A stretch of DNA of 64,000 nt from Desulfobacterales bacterium (GCA_041740615.1 JBGSLR010000038.1:98169-162168); one strand, 5' to 3'. Shown: positions 1 to 10,410, numbered from the stretch's first letter. Translations and numbers: made by a program. Notes: generated by a model not told the origin, from the letters alone.

Positions 1-960
1 CCATTTTCGGTGGGTGAGGTGCGCCGCATCGGCGGTCCTGGCCGACGGGATATCGGCCACGGCGCGCTTGCGACGCGGGCGATTGAAAAAATTCTGCCTG
101 CGCGGGACGGTTTCGATTATACCATCCGTTTGGTATCTGAAGTGCTGGAATCCAACGGTTCGTCTTCCATGGGAACGGTCTGCGCCGGCAGCCTGGCCTT
201 GATGGACGGAGGCGTTCCGATCACGGCGCCGGTTTCCGGCATCGCCATGGGTCTGATCAAGGACGGCGACAACGTGGTTGTCTTGTCCGATATCCTGGGT
301 GATGAGGATCATTTCGGTGACATGGATTTTAAAGTCGCTGGGACGAGTAACGGTGTAACCGCTCTGCAGATGGATATCAAAATCAGGGAATTGTCTAAGG
401 ATATCATGGAAAAAGCCCTTGCCCAGGCGCGTAACGGACGACTCCATATCCTGGAAAAGATGGCGGAGGCCCTGAACGAATCGCGCAAGGATCTTTCTCC
501 CTACGCACCCAAGAATGTTACGATTAATATTAATCCTGACAAAATCCGAGATATTATCGGACCGGGTGGCAAGATGATCCGGGCCATTCAAAGCGAAACC
601 AACACCCGTATCGATATCGACGATTCCGGCGCCGTTAAAGTCAGTGCAACCTCTCAGGAAGACAGCGACGCGGCGATCCGAAAGATCAAGGAAATCGTCA
701 TGGAGCCGGAAGTCGGCGCCATATACGAAGGCCTGGTGGTAAAGATTACGGATTTCGGGGCATTCGTTCAACTCGCTCCGGGTACCGACGGGCTCGTTCA
801 TATTTCACAGCTCTCCACCCATCATGTGAAGAAGGTTTCGGATTTTGTGAAAGAGGGAGAAAAACTGAAGGTCAAAGTGCTGGAAGTTTCGCCGGAAGGA
901 AAGATCCGTTTGAGCCACAAGGCGATCCTGGAAGACAAAGATGAATCCACACGTCAATAA
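1..960 (+). CDS. pnp: polyribonucleotide nucleotidyltransferase (PNPase), C-terminal part; 5' end outside window
   Basis: Frame-1 ORF open to the window edge. Second RNase PH-like core ([35 protein letters not shown]), then KH ([13 protein letters not shown]) and S1 ([13 protein letters not shown]...VHISQL) domains. Confidence 0.95.
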   Translation, partial: PFSVGEVRRIGGPGRRDIGHGALATRAIEKILPARDGFDYTIRLVSEVLESNGSSSMGTVCAGSLALMDGGVPITAPVSGIAMGLIKDGDNVVVLSDILGDEDHFGDMDFKVAGTSNGVTALQMDIKIRELSKDIMEKALAQARNGRLHILEKMAEALNESRKDLSPYAPKNVTININPDKIRDIIGPGGKMIRAIQSETNTRIDIDDSGAVKVSATSQEDSDAAIRKIKEIVMEPEVGAIYEGLVVKITDFGAFVQLAPGTDGLVHISQLSTHHVKKVSDFVKEGEKLKVKVLEVSPEGKIRLSHKAILEDKDESTRQ

Positions 961-2209
961 AACGGTTGTCGACAATGGTGTCCGGATCCTGACCAAAACA
1001 TTCCCCCATGTCCATTCCGTATCCATGGGGGTGTGGGTCAATGTCGGTGCGCGGGATGAAAGCGCTGAAGAGAGCGGACTCTCCCATCTGATAGAACACA
1101 TGATTTTCAAGGGAACCGCAAAGCGAACCGCTTACCAGATCGCCAAGGAATTCGACGCCATCGGCGGACAAACCAATGCCTTTACCTCGATGGAACTTAC
1201 CTGCTACCATGCCCGGGTGCTGGATTCGCACCTGGCGACCATGGTGGATATCCTTTCCGATATTTTCCTTAATTCCCTGTTCGATCCAAAAGAGGTCAAT
1301 CGGGAGCGTGCCGTCATTCTTCAAGAAATCGGAATGGTCGAAGATACGCCCGAGGAATATGTACACACGCTGCTCGGCAATTCATTTTGGGGGGACAATC
1401 CCCTTGGGCGTTCCATTCTGGGCACCCGCGAGAATATCCGGGGTTTTTCCGCGGAAACCATTAAGGGTTTTTTTCACCAATACTATCAACCGGACCGGAT
1501 CGTCATTTCCGCGGCGGGCAATGTGACCCATGATCATTTTGTGGACCTGGTGGGCAAGGCCTTTGAGTCTGTCAATCCCGGCAACGGGTTTCCGGAAAGA
1601 CGCACACCGAAGCCGAAGGCGGCAATGACCATTCATCAACGGGAGTTGGAGCAGGTGCATCTCTGTTTGGGAACCCCCGGATTGAGCACCACCGATCCCC
1701 GGCGTTATGCGCTATCCTTGTTGAATACGATTATGGGTGGCAACATGAGTTCCCGATTGTTTCAGGAGATCCGTGAGCAACGGGGATTGGCCTATGCCGT
1801 TTATTCCTATGTCTGTTCCCATGTGGATACCGGAATGTTCGGAGTATATGCCGGCGTCGCCCCACAAAACGCCCAAGCCACTGTCGGGCTGATCCTGGAG
1901 GCAATTGAAAGGTTGCGCCGGGAGCCGGTGGGGCAAGCGGAACTGCAGGATGCAAAAGAGTACACCAAAGGCGGCGTGCTGCTTTCCGCCGAGAGCATGG
2001 ACAATCAGATGGTGCGGATCGCCCAGAATGAAATCAATTTCGGGCGGGATATTCCCTTGCCGGAACTGATCGACAAGGTCACATCCGTGACGGTGGATGA
2101 TATCCACCAAACCGCGCAGCAACTGCTGGAAAGAGGGGGCATCGCCTTGACGATGCTCGGCCCTGTCCCGGAAGAGGATTCCTTCGATGAATTGATGGCC
2201 GGGTCTTGA
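941..2209 (+). CDS. M16 family zinc metallopeptidase (insulinase-like)
   Basis: 422 aa ORF with inverted zincin motif HxxEH ([11 protein letters not shown]) near the N-terminus. Start overlaps the pnp stop; a peptidase commonly follows pnp. Confidence 0.85.
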   Translation: MNPHVNKTVVDNGVRILTKTFPHVHSVSMGVWVNVGARDESAEESGLSHLIEHMIFKGTAKRTAYQIAKEFDAIGGQTNAFTSMELTCYHARVLDSHLATMVDILSDIFLNSLFDPKEVNRERAVILQEIGMVEDTPEEYVHTLLGNSFWGDNPLGRSILGTRENIRGFSAETIKGFFHQYYQPDRIVISAAGNVTHDHFVDLVGKAFESVNPGNGFPERRTPKPKAAMTIHQRELEQVHLCLGTPGLSTTDPRRYALSLLNTIMGGNMSSRLFQEIREQRGLAYAVYSYVCSHVDTGMFGVYAGVAPQNAQATVGLILEAIERLRREPVGQAELQDAKEYTKGGVLLSAESMDNQMVRIAQNEINFGRDIPLPELIDKVTSVTVDDIHQTAQQLLERGGIALTMLGPVPEEDSFDELMAGS

Positions 2210-2670
2210 TGGCAGCCGAAACGCTGGAAATCAACATCCGCCGTTTGCGTCCCGAAAGGGACGCGGACATCCCGTTGCCCCGCTACATGACGCCGGCCTC
2301 TTCCGGAATGGACCTTTGTGCCGCTCTCGAACGACCGATCACTTTGGATTGCGGCAACATTGCCCTGGTTCCCACCGGTTTTGCCGTTGCCCTTCCCCAT
2401 GGTTACGAAGCCCAGATACGTCCCCGCAGCGGGTTGGCGGTGAAATACGGCATCGGCTTGGTCAATTCACCCGGAACCATCGATGCGGATTATCGTGGAG
2501 AGATAAAAGTTCCTCTGATCAACTGGGGAAAGGAACCCTATACGATTCAGCGTGGCGATCGCATCGCCCAGATGGTGATTCAGCAAGTGATTCAAGCCGT
2601 ACTATTGCCGGTAATGGTGTTGGATGAGACCGTCCGAAACGGCGGCGGATTCGGCCATACGGGTGTATGA
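2206..2670 (+). CDS. dut: dUTP diphosphatase
   Basis: 154 aa with dUTPase motifs [31 protein letters not shown] and C-terminal [14 protein letters not shown] overlap with the upstream stop. Confidence 0.93.
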   Translation: MMAAETLEINIRRLRPERDADIPLPRYMTPASSGMDLCAALERPITLDCGNIALVPTGFAVALPHGYEAQIRPRSGLAVKYGIGLVNSPGTIDADYRGEIKVPLINWGKEPYTIQRGDRIAQMVIQQVIQAVLLPVMVLDETVRNGGGFGHTGV

Positions 2671-3493
2671 AGAAATGTCGGGAGACGAGTCCCATACGCC
2701 GAAGTCGTCAACCAACCGATCCGGGCTTTCCATTTGTATCCTGGCAAGTGGGAGCAAAGGGAACGCCATCTATGTGAATGACGGGCACACGGCCATCCTG
2801 ATCGATGCCGGACTTACCGGGGTTCAAATGGAAGGACGGTTACAATCAAGGGGCTTTTCCCCCCGTGATCTGACCGCCATCCTGGTGTCCCATGAACACG
2901 GCGATCATGTGAAAGGCGTCGGCGTGCTGTCGCGACGCTATGGATTGCCGGTATATGTCAATCCGGGGACGCTTGCAAAGGCCGCCGGTCAGATCGGCAG
3001 CCTTCATTCCACCTGCCTTTTCGAATGCGGCCGGGAATTCACCATCGGAACGCTAAAGATTCATCCCTTTTCCATTTCTCATGACGCCGAAGATCCTTCC
3101 GGTTTTACGGTTGCGGGCAATGGATGTAAAATCGGCATCGCAACCGATCTGGGAGTGGCCACTGCACTGGTGCGGGAGCATTTACGGGAATGCCGGTTGC
3201 TGGTTCTGGAGGCCAATCATGATCCGGATATGCTGCAAAACGGTCCGTATCCCTGGCATCTCAAGCAACGCATCAAAAGTCGGACCGGCCATCTTTCCAA
3301 TGAGGACGCCATGGCGCTTGTGGCGGAATTACAGCATGAAACGCTCGAGCACATCATCTTGGCGCACCTGAGCGCCGAAAACAATTCCCCTGAAAAAGCA
3401 CACAGAAAAGTCGGGGAAGCTATCCGGCGCTCGGGAATCCACTTGAGTGTCGCCGGCCAGGACCACTGCAGCCGCATATTCCGGCTGGAATAA
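2624..3493 (+). CDS. MBL-fold metallo-hydrolase (YycJ/VicX-like)
   Basis: HxHxDH motif ([10 protein letters not shown]) and the typical N-terminal [19 protein letters not shown]. The true start may be ATG 2675 (MSGDES), just after the dut stop. Confidence 0.85.
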   Translation: MRPSETAADSAIRVYEEMSGDESHTPKSSTNRSGLSICILASGSKGNAIYVNDGHTAILIDAGLTGVQMEGRLQSRGFSPRDLTAILVSHEHGDHVKGVGVLSRRYGLPVYVNPGTLAKAAGQIGSLHSTCLFECGREFTIGTLKIHPFSISHDAEDPSGFTVAGNGCKIGIATDLGVATALVREHLRECRLLVLEANHDPDMLQNGPYPWHLKQRIKSRTGHLSNEDAMALVAELQHETLEHIILAHLSAENNSPEKAHRKVGEAIRRSGIHLSVAGQDHCSRIFRLE

Positions 3494-3496
3494 CAA

Positions 3497-3535
3497 CCCG
3501 GTCCCGGACAAATCCGGTCGGGCAGCTTTATTTTT
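3497..3535 (+). terminator. candidate intrinsic terminator after the MBL gene
   Basis: Interrupted GC stem (cccg..ccgga caaa tccgg..cggg) followed by ctttattttt. Lies between convergent genes. Confidence 0.35.
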
Positions 3536-3878
3536 GCAGATTGATGAAGGTTTCCAGCTGTCTGATCTGCTGCGCGGAAAGAATGCCGAACTTGACACCC
3601 CGGCGCCTCAGTGGAATCTGCTGGATGGGATTTTCGTAGATGATCTCGAAGTCCGTGACGGTCTTTACCTGTATGTTTTCCAGCTGAGCGGTTCGTCCCT
3701 CCTGCCTGACACTCAATTTGAGGATATCGTCTAGCTGGGTTGAATGGCCGATGTAATGGAACGCCATTCCTCCATTACCGATATCAACCACCTGGCCGAT
3801 TGAGCTGTTGCCGTTACCATGAACCACCAGCGAATCGTCTTTGACCCGCAACCGTTCCATCCTTCTGCGCTCCACCAT
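3528..3878 (-). CDS. PilZ domain protein (putative c-di-GMP receptor)
   Basis: PilZ signature RRxxxR (ERRRMERLR) and D-x-G/S-x-GG (VDIGNGGMAF). ATG at 3878 is preferred over the longer ORF-track start at 3908. Confidence 0.8.
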   Translation of the reverse strand: MVERRRMERLRVKDDSLVVHGNGNSSIGQVVDIGNGGMAFHYIGHSTQLDDILKLSVRQEGRTAQLENIQVKTVTDFEIIYENPIQQIPLRRRGVKFGILSAQQIRQLETFINLQK

Positions 3879-4052
3879 GTTCACTTCGCCCCCCCCGGGT
3901 TTTGACAACGCATGTTGAAGTTACCACATTTTTCATAACAGAATTCTGAGAAATTGACAATTGTTTTTGCGGTCTAACAAAGCTCGTTAAATTATAATAT
4001 CGGCAGGTTATTCCGTTTCCTTAGTGATATTTGTTGCAATGGGCTAGCGGGC

Positions 4053-5174
4053 TCAGCTTTTTGTCGGAATCGCAACCAATTCGTACGCCCGAGAGCCGAG
4101 GCCCAGGCTTTCGGCGTAAGCCAGCTGATGGGGCCAGTCCACATAGGGATAAATGCCTTTGAACTTGTCTTCGCCCGCGGCGGTGTTGTTTTTCAGAGCC
4201 GAACCCGGCAGGGCGTTCTCCTGGTTGACCAGATCGGCGGAGGCTTGATCAATGGCCACCGGATCCTTGGATGCCAGAATGCCGATATCCCGGACGATGG
4301 GTGTGTCGTTGTGGCTGTAGCAATCACAGGCCGGCGAGATATTCGTCAGGAAGTTGATGAAAAGGGTCCTTCCGGTTTTCCCTTTTAATACCCCCATGGT
4401 ATATTCCACCATGTTTTCCAGAAAAACAGGCACCGACTGGTTCCATTGTATCTGGATCGCCTCGTTGGGGCAGATGAGAATGCATTCGCCGCATCCGATG
4501 CATTTTTCCGAATCAAGAACGGCTTTTTTTTCGACGAGCGCCAGGGCCTGTTGGGAGCAATGGGGGACACAGTCGCCGCATCCGACGCATTTTTTGGTTT
4601 TGACTGCCGGGCTCACGGTGGAATGCTGGGCCAGTTTCCCTTTGCGCGAGGCGCAGCCCATCCCTAAGTTTTTAATGGTACCGCCAAATCCGGACAACTC
4701 ATGGCCTTTGAAATGCGCCACCGAGATGAGTGCGTCCGCCTGAACGATTTCGGAGCCGATATAGACTTCCTTGAAATTCTTCTGATCGATCCGCACAACG
4801 GTTTCGGTTTTCCCGCGCAATCCGTCGGCGATGATCAGGGGGGCTTGCACCACGGAATAGGCAAAACCGTTGGCTGTGGCCGTTCGTAGATGATTCACCG
4901 AGTCGCTGCGGGTCCCGGCATAGAGAGTGTTGGCGTCTGTGAGAAATGGCTCTCCCCCTGAATTTCTGATATCCTCGACAATTTTTCGCAAATACACCGG
5001 CCGGATAAAAGCCGTGTTGCCCAGTTCGCCAAAATGGAGTTTCACCGCCACCAGATCCCGCTTGTGAAAGGTTTCTTTCAGACCAGCGGTGTCCATGAGT
5101 CTCCCGAGTTTTGCGATCAGGTTTTCCTTGGGCGTTGCCTTGAGATCGATGAAATAGACGGTGCTTTTTTTCAT
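4053..5174 (-). CDS. DUF362 domain protein with 2x[4Fe-4S] ferredoxin insert
   Basis: 373 aa with two CxxCxxCxxxCP motifs (CVGCGDCVPHC, CIGCGECILICP) inside a DUF362-like scaffold, recognised by overall pattern. Confidence 0.75.
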   Translation of the reverse strand: MKKSTVYFIDLKATPKENLIAKLGRLMDTAGLKETFHKRDLVAVKLHFGELGNTAFIRPVYLRKIVEDIRNSGGEPFLTDANTLYAGTRSDSVNHLRTATANGFAYSVVQAPLIIADGLRGKTETVVRIDQKNFKEVYIGSEIVQADALISVAHFKGHELSGFGGTIKNLGMGCASRKGKLAQHSTVSPAVKTKKCVGCGDCVPHCSQQALALVEKKAVLDSEKCIGCGECILICPNEAIQIQWNQSVPVFLENMVEYTMGVLKGKTGRTLFINFLTNISPACDCYSHNDTPIVRDIGILASKDPVAIDQASADLVNQENALPGSALKNNTAAGEDKFKGIYPYVDWPHQLAYAESLGLGSRAYELVAIPTKS

Positions 5175-5429
5175 GGTGTTCTCCCGTTGGGGGTTCCGTT
5201 AGGCTGTTTTCCCGTCGGCCCGTTTTTCAATAAAGAGTCCAAATCCACAATTCGTAATTGTTTTTCCCTATCATTTTCTTTGAAAAAAATAAATTGGGAA
5301 AGTATCTGTTTATGACTTGTTCTAAAAAGGGTACCCTGCATGGCAATATTCTTGACAGGTGATTCTCCGACGGCATACAGCAAATAATTACGCAACCGGG
5401 AAATTCGGCTGGGAAAGGTTCAGATTCGC

Positions 5430-7514
5430 GTGAAGCATCAAACAAACGAAGTGACACCATCGACGAGCCGGTTATCGGCCATGGATGGCCTTTTCGTTAT
5501 ACTTCCCTTGTCGGTCTATGGGTATACCTGCGCACCGGGAGTCGGGTTCGGGGATACGGCCATTCTGATCGACAATATTCAGCGGCTCCTGCTGAATTCA
5601 CAGGTCAACACCCATCCCATGACCATTTTACTGGGGTATCTATTTTCGAAATTACCAATGGAGAGCCTGGCCTATAAGGCCAATCTGCTTTCCGTCTGTT
5701 GCGGCGCCCTATCTGTTTTTTTTCTGTACATCGCCGTATTGGCGGCGCTTGGGAATCGATTCATCGCCGTTGTCACCGGGCTTTGTTTTCTGTTCAGTTA
5801 CAGCATGTGGTGGCACGGGACCATTATTGAAAACTACGCCGTGGGCAGTGCATTTGTCGGCTTGGCCCTGATTGCCTTTGTCCGATTGTGGCGGACCGGA
5901 AAATCCTACTGGCTGATGGCGGTCTTTTTCTGGGCCGGCTTGGGGTTGTTCAATCACGTGCAATTGGGATTTCTTTCTGCCGGCGCGGCCCTGGCCCTTT
6001 TGTTGACGCTGAGGACCGCGCCGCGAAAAGGGCGGCTTCTGTTGACTTGCATCTTTTCGTCGCTGGTGGGGCTGCTGCCCTGGCTGGTCTTGGTGGGCCT
6101 GGATTGGCGGCGTTCGGGGGATTTTCTCCTGACCTTGAAAAACGCTTTTTTCGGTCCCTTCGGCAACATCTTTTTCTCTGCCGGGGTTTGGGCCGGATTA
6201 TGGGAAACCGCGGTGGTGTATTTTTTTCAATTTCCCAATTTTTTCCTGCCGTTCCCACTCATCGGGATTGTCATCGCCGCCCGCACCATGAAATGGAGTC
6301 CGTCGTTCTGGGGCATTTTTCTGTTTTTCGCACTGAATACGCTTGTTTTTACGTTTTATGAAACCTGGGACCGCTTCGCCTTTTTGTTGCCCTCCTTTAT
6401 GGTGCTTTGCTTCTTCGGTGCTTTCGCGTTACAGCTTTTTTGGGAATACTTGAAAACGAGGCGCAGTCCAGCGTTGCGGTATTCCCTGCTGCTGCTTGGT
6501 CTGTTGTCGTTGGTTTGGACCACCCAGTTTTTTGATTATATCTGGCAAATGGGAAGAGACACCGGCAGTATCTGGCATCGGAACTATCACAACAATTATT
6601 CCAAAAATCTATATGACCATGCCCGCTTCATAATCGTTCCCAACAAGCGGAATTATCGGGAACTGGACACCTTTGCCGAATTGTTGTTTGCAAAACTGCC
6701 GCAAAACGCTGTCTATGTAGATGACGACTCCAGAAGTTATTACACTATCGCTGATTATTTCCAGAAATATTACGGAAAAAGACCGGATCTGAAGGTGTTG
6801 CTGATCAATTCCTGGGGAATCGCGGGGTGGGGTTATTCCGCCGGGAATCTGACAAACTTCATGCGCGCGGCTTATCATTCGGGCAAGCCGTTTTTCCTGG
6901 CGTCCCTGATGCAGCCCTATAGCGACGTGCTGCGTCAGCTGTCGCCGGACCTGGGAATTCACTTCGAACGGTTTCCGCTTTCGGAAAACCGGTGGATCTA
7001 TCGGATGGTGACCCGAACCGAGCAGAAAAGGGGGAAGAGCCCGGATCCCACCTGTATCCGGGGAGATGCGGGATATGTGGATTTCCATCTGCTGCGGGTG
7101 ACCCATAAGTACCATGCAAGCGTAACCCAGCAGATCATGGCCGCTTTTCCCGGCGACTGGAAAGGGGATGACCAGTTGTTTGTGGATTTCACCGCACCGG
7201 AAGGTGAAATCACCCTGGCGATTCCTTCCGACCGGGAGGGTTGGGCAATGTTGCGGCTGTTTTACACCCGGGCCGCTGATTTTGGAGCGGTGACAATCGA
7301 TATCAATAACGGAAATTTATCGACTTTGGATTTATATGGCCCTAAAGTGTCGCGAACCGTAATCGATTTTCCGCAAAGGATTTGGCTTGTCAAAGGAACC
7401 AATACGGTCCGTTTTTCATCAGTAGCCGGGAAATCGCTCTTTAAGGGGACCAGGGCGGGTTTTGACGGGATGGAGTATGGGTTTATCAGCAAGGTGGAAG
7501 ACGAACGAATGTAA
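5430..7514 (+). CDS. polytopic membrane protein, DUF2723/TMEM260-like (GT-C-type glycosyltransferase-like)
   Basis: 694 aa. About 11 hydrophobic segments in the first ~370 aa. N-terminal loop motif APGVGFGDTAILI...THPMTILLGYLF resembles the DUF2723 family signature. Soluble C-terminal ~300 aa. GTG start. Confidence 0.6.
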   Translation: MKHQTNEVTPSTSRLSAMDGLFVILPLSVYGYTCAPGVGFGDTAILIDNIQRLLLNSQVNTHPMTILLGYLFSKLPMESLAYKANLLSVCCGALSVFFLYIAVLAALGNRFIAVVTGLCFLFSYSMWWHGTIIENYAVGSAFVGLALIAFVRLWRTGKSYWLMAVFFWAGLGLFNHVQLGFLSAGAALALLLTLRTAPRKGRLLLTCIFSSLVGLLPWLVLVGLDWRRSGDFLLTLKNAFFGPFGNIFFSAGVWAGLWETAVVYFFQFPNFFLPFPLIGIVIAARTMKWSPSFWGIFLFFALNTLVFTFYETWDRFAFLLPSFMVLCFFGAFALQLFWEYLKTRRSPALRYSLLLLGLLSLVWTTQFFDYIWQMGRDTGSIWHRNYHNNYSKNLYDHARFIIVPNKRNYRELDTFAELLFAKLPQNAVYVDDDSRSYYTIADYFQKYYGKRPDLKVLLINSWGIAGWGYSAGNLTNFMRAAYHSGKPFFLASLMQPYSDVLRQLSPDLGIHFERFPLSENRWIYRMVTRTEQKRGKSPDPTCIRGDAGYVDFHLLRVTHKYHASVTQQIMAAFPGDWKGDDQLFVDFTAPEGEITLAIPSDREGWAMLRLFYTRAADFGAVTIDINNGNLSTLDLYGPKVSRTVIDFPQRIWLVKGTNTVRFSSVAGKSLFKGTRAGFDGMEYGFISKVEDERM

Positions 7515-7871
7515 AATGAGATTGCCGACAACCACAGGACGAGAAAAAATACGCTGATTATGATTGGCCTTTTCGGCAATCGCTTCGCGCTCCGCCGCAC
7601 CAGGGGTCAACAATACATCCCATTCCCTATTTCGGAATGGTTATTATTCGCCTTCGGGTAAGATCTATATTAAGCATATGTTATATATGATTCTCTACGG
7701 GGGTGACTTCCATAATTGCATACGAATAATCATTAATTATATGAAATTATATGGAATTGGAATTGAATTACATACAATTAATTCCAACGGTTTTGGGCAT
7801 CCGGCGACTGGAATTTAGTGTCTTTTCCCAAAGGTTTCTCTTTGTCATTTATTGTCCAACCTGTTTTTTTC

Positions 7872-7898
7872 TTGACAGAAAAAGCCTGGCGGTATAAT
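7872..7898 (+). promoter_or_regulatory. candidate sigma-70 promoter upstream of the Ig-like lipoprotein gene
   Basis: Perfect TTGACA (7872-7877) and perfect TATAAT (7893-7898), but only a 15-nt spacer. Sits ~180 nt upstream of ATG 8075. Confidence 0.4.
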
Positions 7899-8074
7899 CA
7901 TAACTAGGTAAAATCACGTCTTTCAATATGGAGCCTCCGAATCAGTTTTACGGAAAAAAATGACCGAACGCAGCAGACGACGGGTATGCTTGCCTCACAG
8001 CAGATTATGCTGCCGGGATGTTTTTTCCCTGCGATGATGCGGGGGCTTTGCTGCCTAATAAGGAGCCGCTAAAC

Positions 8075-9469
8075 ATGAAGCTGAAATCATCGATACTCTT
8101 CGCCCTCATTTGCAGTTGTTTGATCCTTTTCGGATGCACCAGCTCGGACAATTCCGGCAGCATCAATGATGGTGCCCCTGGCACAGGCACAGGCACAGGC
8201 ACCGGCACCGGCACCGGCACAGGCACCGGTACGGGTACCGGTACCGCAGGCCAAGGCGTGTCGATCCAATACATATCCGCTACATATACGACGATTGCAT
8301 TGAAGGGGACTGGTGGTGAAAACCGGCCCGAATTTACCAAACTGACTTTCAAGGTGGTTGATGAAAACGAACAGCCATTAGGCGGCGTTGGTGTCAGTTT
8401 CGCACTAACGGCTACTACCGGTGGATTGGCTTTGGATTATGACAGCGGCACCACCAGTGGTGACGGCACAGTTATTGTAACTGTTACATCCGGAGAGGTC
8501 GCAACTTCTTTCAGTGTGCGGGCGACCATTATTGGAACCAATACTTCCACTAACTCTGCCAACCTGGTAGTCAGCACCGGTCTCCCTGATCAGAATAGTT
8601 TCTCCCTGAGTCTGAGCGATCACCGGCCGGAGGCATGGGGTCATGACGGTGTAACCCTTACAGCCACAATACACGCGGCAGATCATTTCAATAACCCAAT
8701 ACCGGATGGAACACTGGTTTATTTCACGACAAACGGCGGTAGCATTCAACCTCAATGTGCGATTGCCAATGGTACCTGTTCTGTGACATGGACTAGTCAA
8801 AATCCTCGACCGTTTTCAAATAATTCAGGTAATTACTTTGATCGAAACGGAATTTTTACTATTTTGGCGGTGGCGGTTGGCGAAGAAAGTTTTGTAGATG
8901 CTGACGGAGATGGTCGCTACGCATCCATGGAGGATAAAATCACCTGGGATGATTTGGTCTCCAGAGGCTATTTGGAGGATCTCCCTGAAGCCCACTTGGA
9001 TATTGATCAGGATGGAATTTATGATGACGGTTCTATAGCCGGGGTTCGCGAAGAATTTCGTAACATTAACAATAAAAACGGATGGGATAATGCCAATAAT
9101 CTTTACAATGGCTCGCTGTGCAGTGAAGTTATGGAGTCTCAAGGATACTGCAGCCGCGAAATGGTTGATGTGCGTGAAACCCAAATGGTGACAATGTGTG
9201 GTAGCGGCGCTACAATAGTAGCTGAGGCCTATTGTGTTACTGCGATGGATGTTAATGGTAATACAATGCCTTCAGGCACCACGATTGCAATCACAGGCGT
9301 TTCTGGGGTGACGATAAAACCGAATTCTTTTACACTGCCCGATGGTGGTCCTGATCCTGGTGCTTATTGTTTCAGCAACTCGGATTCTGACGGGAATCCC
9401 GGGTCATATGATGTGGTTGTTACAACACCAAAAGGATTGATATCTCGAGGAGGGTATAACGCTCCTTGA
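8075..9469 (+). CDS. lipoprotein with (Gly-Thr) repeat linker and bacterial Ig-like (Big_1/invasin-type) domains
   Basis: AAGGAG RBS 8 nt upstream of ATG 8075. Signal peptide plus lipobox (LILFGC). GT x11 linker. Repeated Ig-like segments (VSFALTATTGGLALDYDSGTTSGDGTVIVTVTSG..., GVTLTATIHAADHFNNPIPDGTLVYFTTNGGSI). Confidence 0.8.
   Translation: MKLKSSILFALICSCLILFGCTSSDNSGSINDGAPGTGTGTGTGTGTGTGTGTGTGTAGQGVSIQYISATYTTIALKGTGGENRPEFTKLTFKVVDENEQPLGGVGVSFALTATTGGLALDYDSGTTSGDGTVIVTVTSGEVATSFSVRATIIGTNTSTNSANLVVSTGLPDQNSFSLSLSDHRPEAWGHDGVTLTATIHAADHFNNPIPDGTLVYFTTNGGSIQPQCAIANGTCSVTWTSQNPRPFSNNSGNYFDRNGIFTILAVAVGEESFVDADGDGRYASMEDKITWDDLVSRGYLEDLPEAHLDIDQDGIYDDGSIAGVREEFRNINNKNGWDNANNLYNGSLCSEVMESQGYCSREMVDVRETQMVTMCGSGATIVAEAYCVTAMDVNGNTMPSGTTIAITGVSGVTIKPNSFTLPDGGPDPGAYCFSNSDSDGNPGSYDVVVTTPKGLISRGGYNAP
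8180..8245 (+). repeat. 11 tandem hexanucleotide units (GGYACN) encoding (Gly-Thr)11
   Basis: Read directly: ggcaca x3, ggcacc x3, ggcaca, ggcacc, ggtacg, ggtacc x2. In frame with the lipoprotein CDS. Confidence 0.95.
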
Positions 9470-9603
9470 TCATCCTTGGTCGGAGGCCCCATATAAGTGC
9501 GCAATCTTAACGGTATCGAATATGCGAGCATTGATGAATATAGAGGCATTTCCCGGAAAGTAGGATCGGGTTGCTGATTTAGTAGATGATACGGAGGAAA
9601 ACT

Positions 9604-10317
9604 ATGGGATGCAGGAAGCTGGGAATCGCAATGGTGATCGTGCTTTGGGTTATAGGCGGAGCAGCATGGGCGGATGAGTATACTGGTCATTTGGAAAAAA
9701 AGGGTAGTTTGGCGCTTAAATTCGGCACCCAGATCTTTCCCAAAAGTGATTTGACGGATTTTTGGGATTTTTCTCCGGAGGTAACTTTCTATCCCGTTGA
9801 AATCGCCTATGAACACAAACTCGGGAAGGCACTCGGTCTGGAGTTGTCCTTTTGTTACAACCAGATGACGGATGACAGAGACTATACTTCCCGCCGATCC
9901 GGCGAGTTAGATGTGAAAAACATCTCATTCTCTCCGAGTCTCAAATACAATCTGGCATTGAACAATTCCATGGTGTTGTTTTTCGGTCTTGGCCCGGATA
10001 TCATACAGAGCCGGGGTAAGCTGACGTATGCAATATTAAACCGCACGTATGAAGACGATGTTTCCGAAATCGCTTACGGCGGCCATGGCTTGGTTGGGCT
10101 TGAGTATTATCTGATCAAGCAGCCGGCCCAGGGGAATTTTTTTGACTGGCCCCTGAGCATCGGCCTCGAATATAAATATACTTTTGCGGAAATCAACGAT
10201 TATGATGAGGAGCTGATCAAGAAGGTAAACGCCGGAGAAGGTACAACCCATGCGTCCCATAAATTACAGGTGGGTGGTCACACGGCCGCTTTTACGATTA
10301 AGTGGCATTTCTTTTAG
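9604..10317 (+). CDS. outer-membrane beta-barrel protein (OmpW/porin-like)
   Basis: GGAGG RBS before ATG 9604. Signal peptide ending AWA. Alternating amphipathic strands and a C-terminal beta-signal ending in F (TIKWHFF). Confidence 0.7.
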   Translation: MGCRKLGIAMVIVLWVIGGAAWADEYTGHLEKKGSLALKFGTQIFPKSDLTDFWDFSPEVTFYPVEIAYEHKLGKALGLELSFCYNQMTDDRDYTSRRSGELDVKNISFSPSLKYNLALNNSMVLFFGLGPDIIQSRGKLTYAILNRTYEDDVSEIAYGGHGLVGLEYYLIKQPAQGNFFDWPLSIGLEYKYTFAEINDYDEELIKKVNAGEGTTHASHKLQVGGHTAAFTIKWHFF

Positions 10318-10369
10318 ATCTCAAAGCGTATTTGTTCACTCCCTGCCCGCATCTCGTTTTTAAGGAGAC

Positions 10370-10410
10370 ATACCGGTTTTGGCGGCTGCCGCCAGAACCG
10401 GTATTTTTTT
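10370..10410 (+). terminator. rho-independent terminator of the OMP gene
   Basis: 16-bp stem (ataccggttttggcgg / ccgccagaaccggtat, one G-U pair) with a 3-nt loop, followed by T7. Confidence 0.85.

Noticed and set aside
5341-5356. Sigma-54-like TGGCAA-N5-TTGA upstream of the DUF2723 gene
   Set aside because: The -12 element lacks the conserved GC (TTGA, and it forms part of a TTGACA hexamer). It could equally be a sigma-70 -35 box.
7564-7818. 84-aa ORF in the AT-rich intergenic region
   Set aside because: Its composition is driven by AT-rich non-coding sequence, with no RBS or motif. It is likely regulatory DNA.
8173-8250. Possible CRISPR-like or other non-coding repeat array
   Set aside because: The unit is only 6 nt, there are no spacers, and it is in frame within a CDS. 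It is a coding microsatellite.
8005-8352. ORF encoding a (Pro-Val)n repeat
   Set aside because: It is the reverse complement of the (Gly-Thr)11 repeat in the well-supported lipoprotein gene, so it is an artefact.
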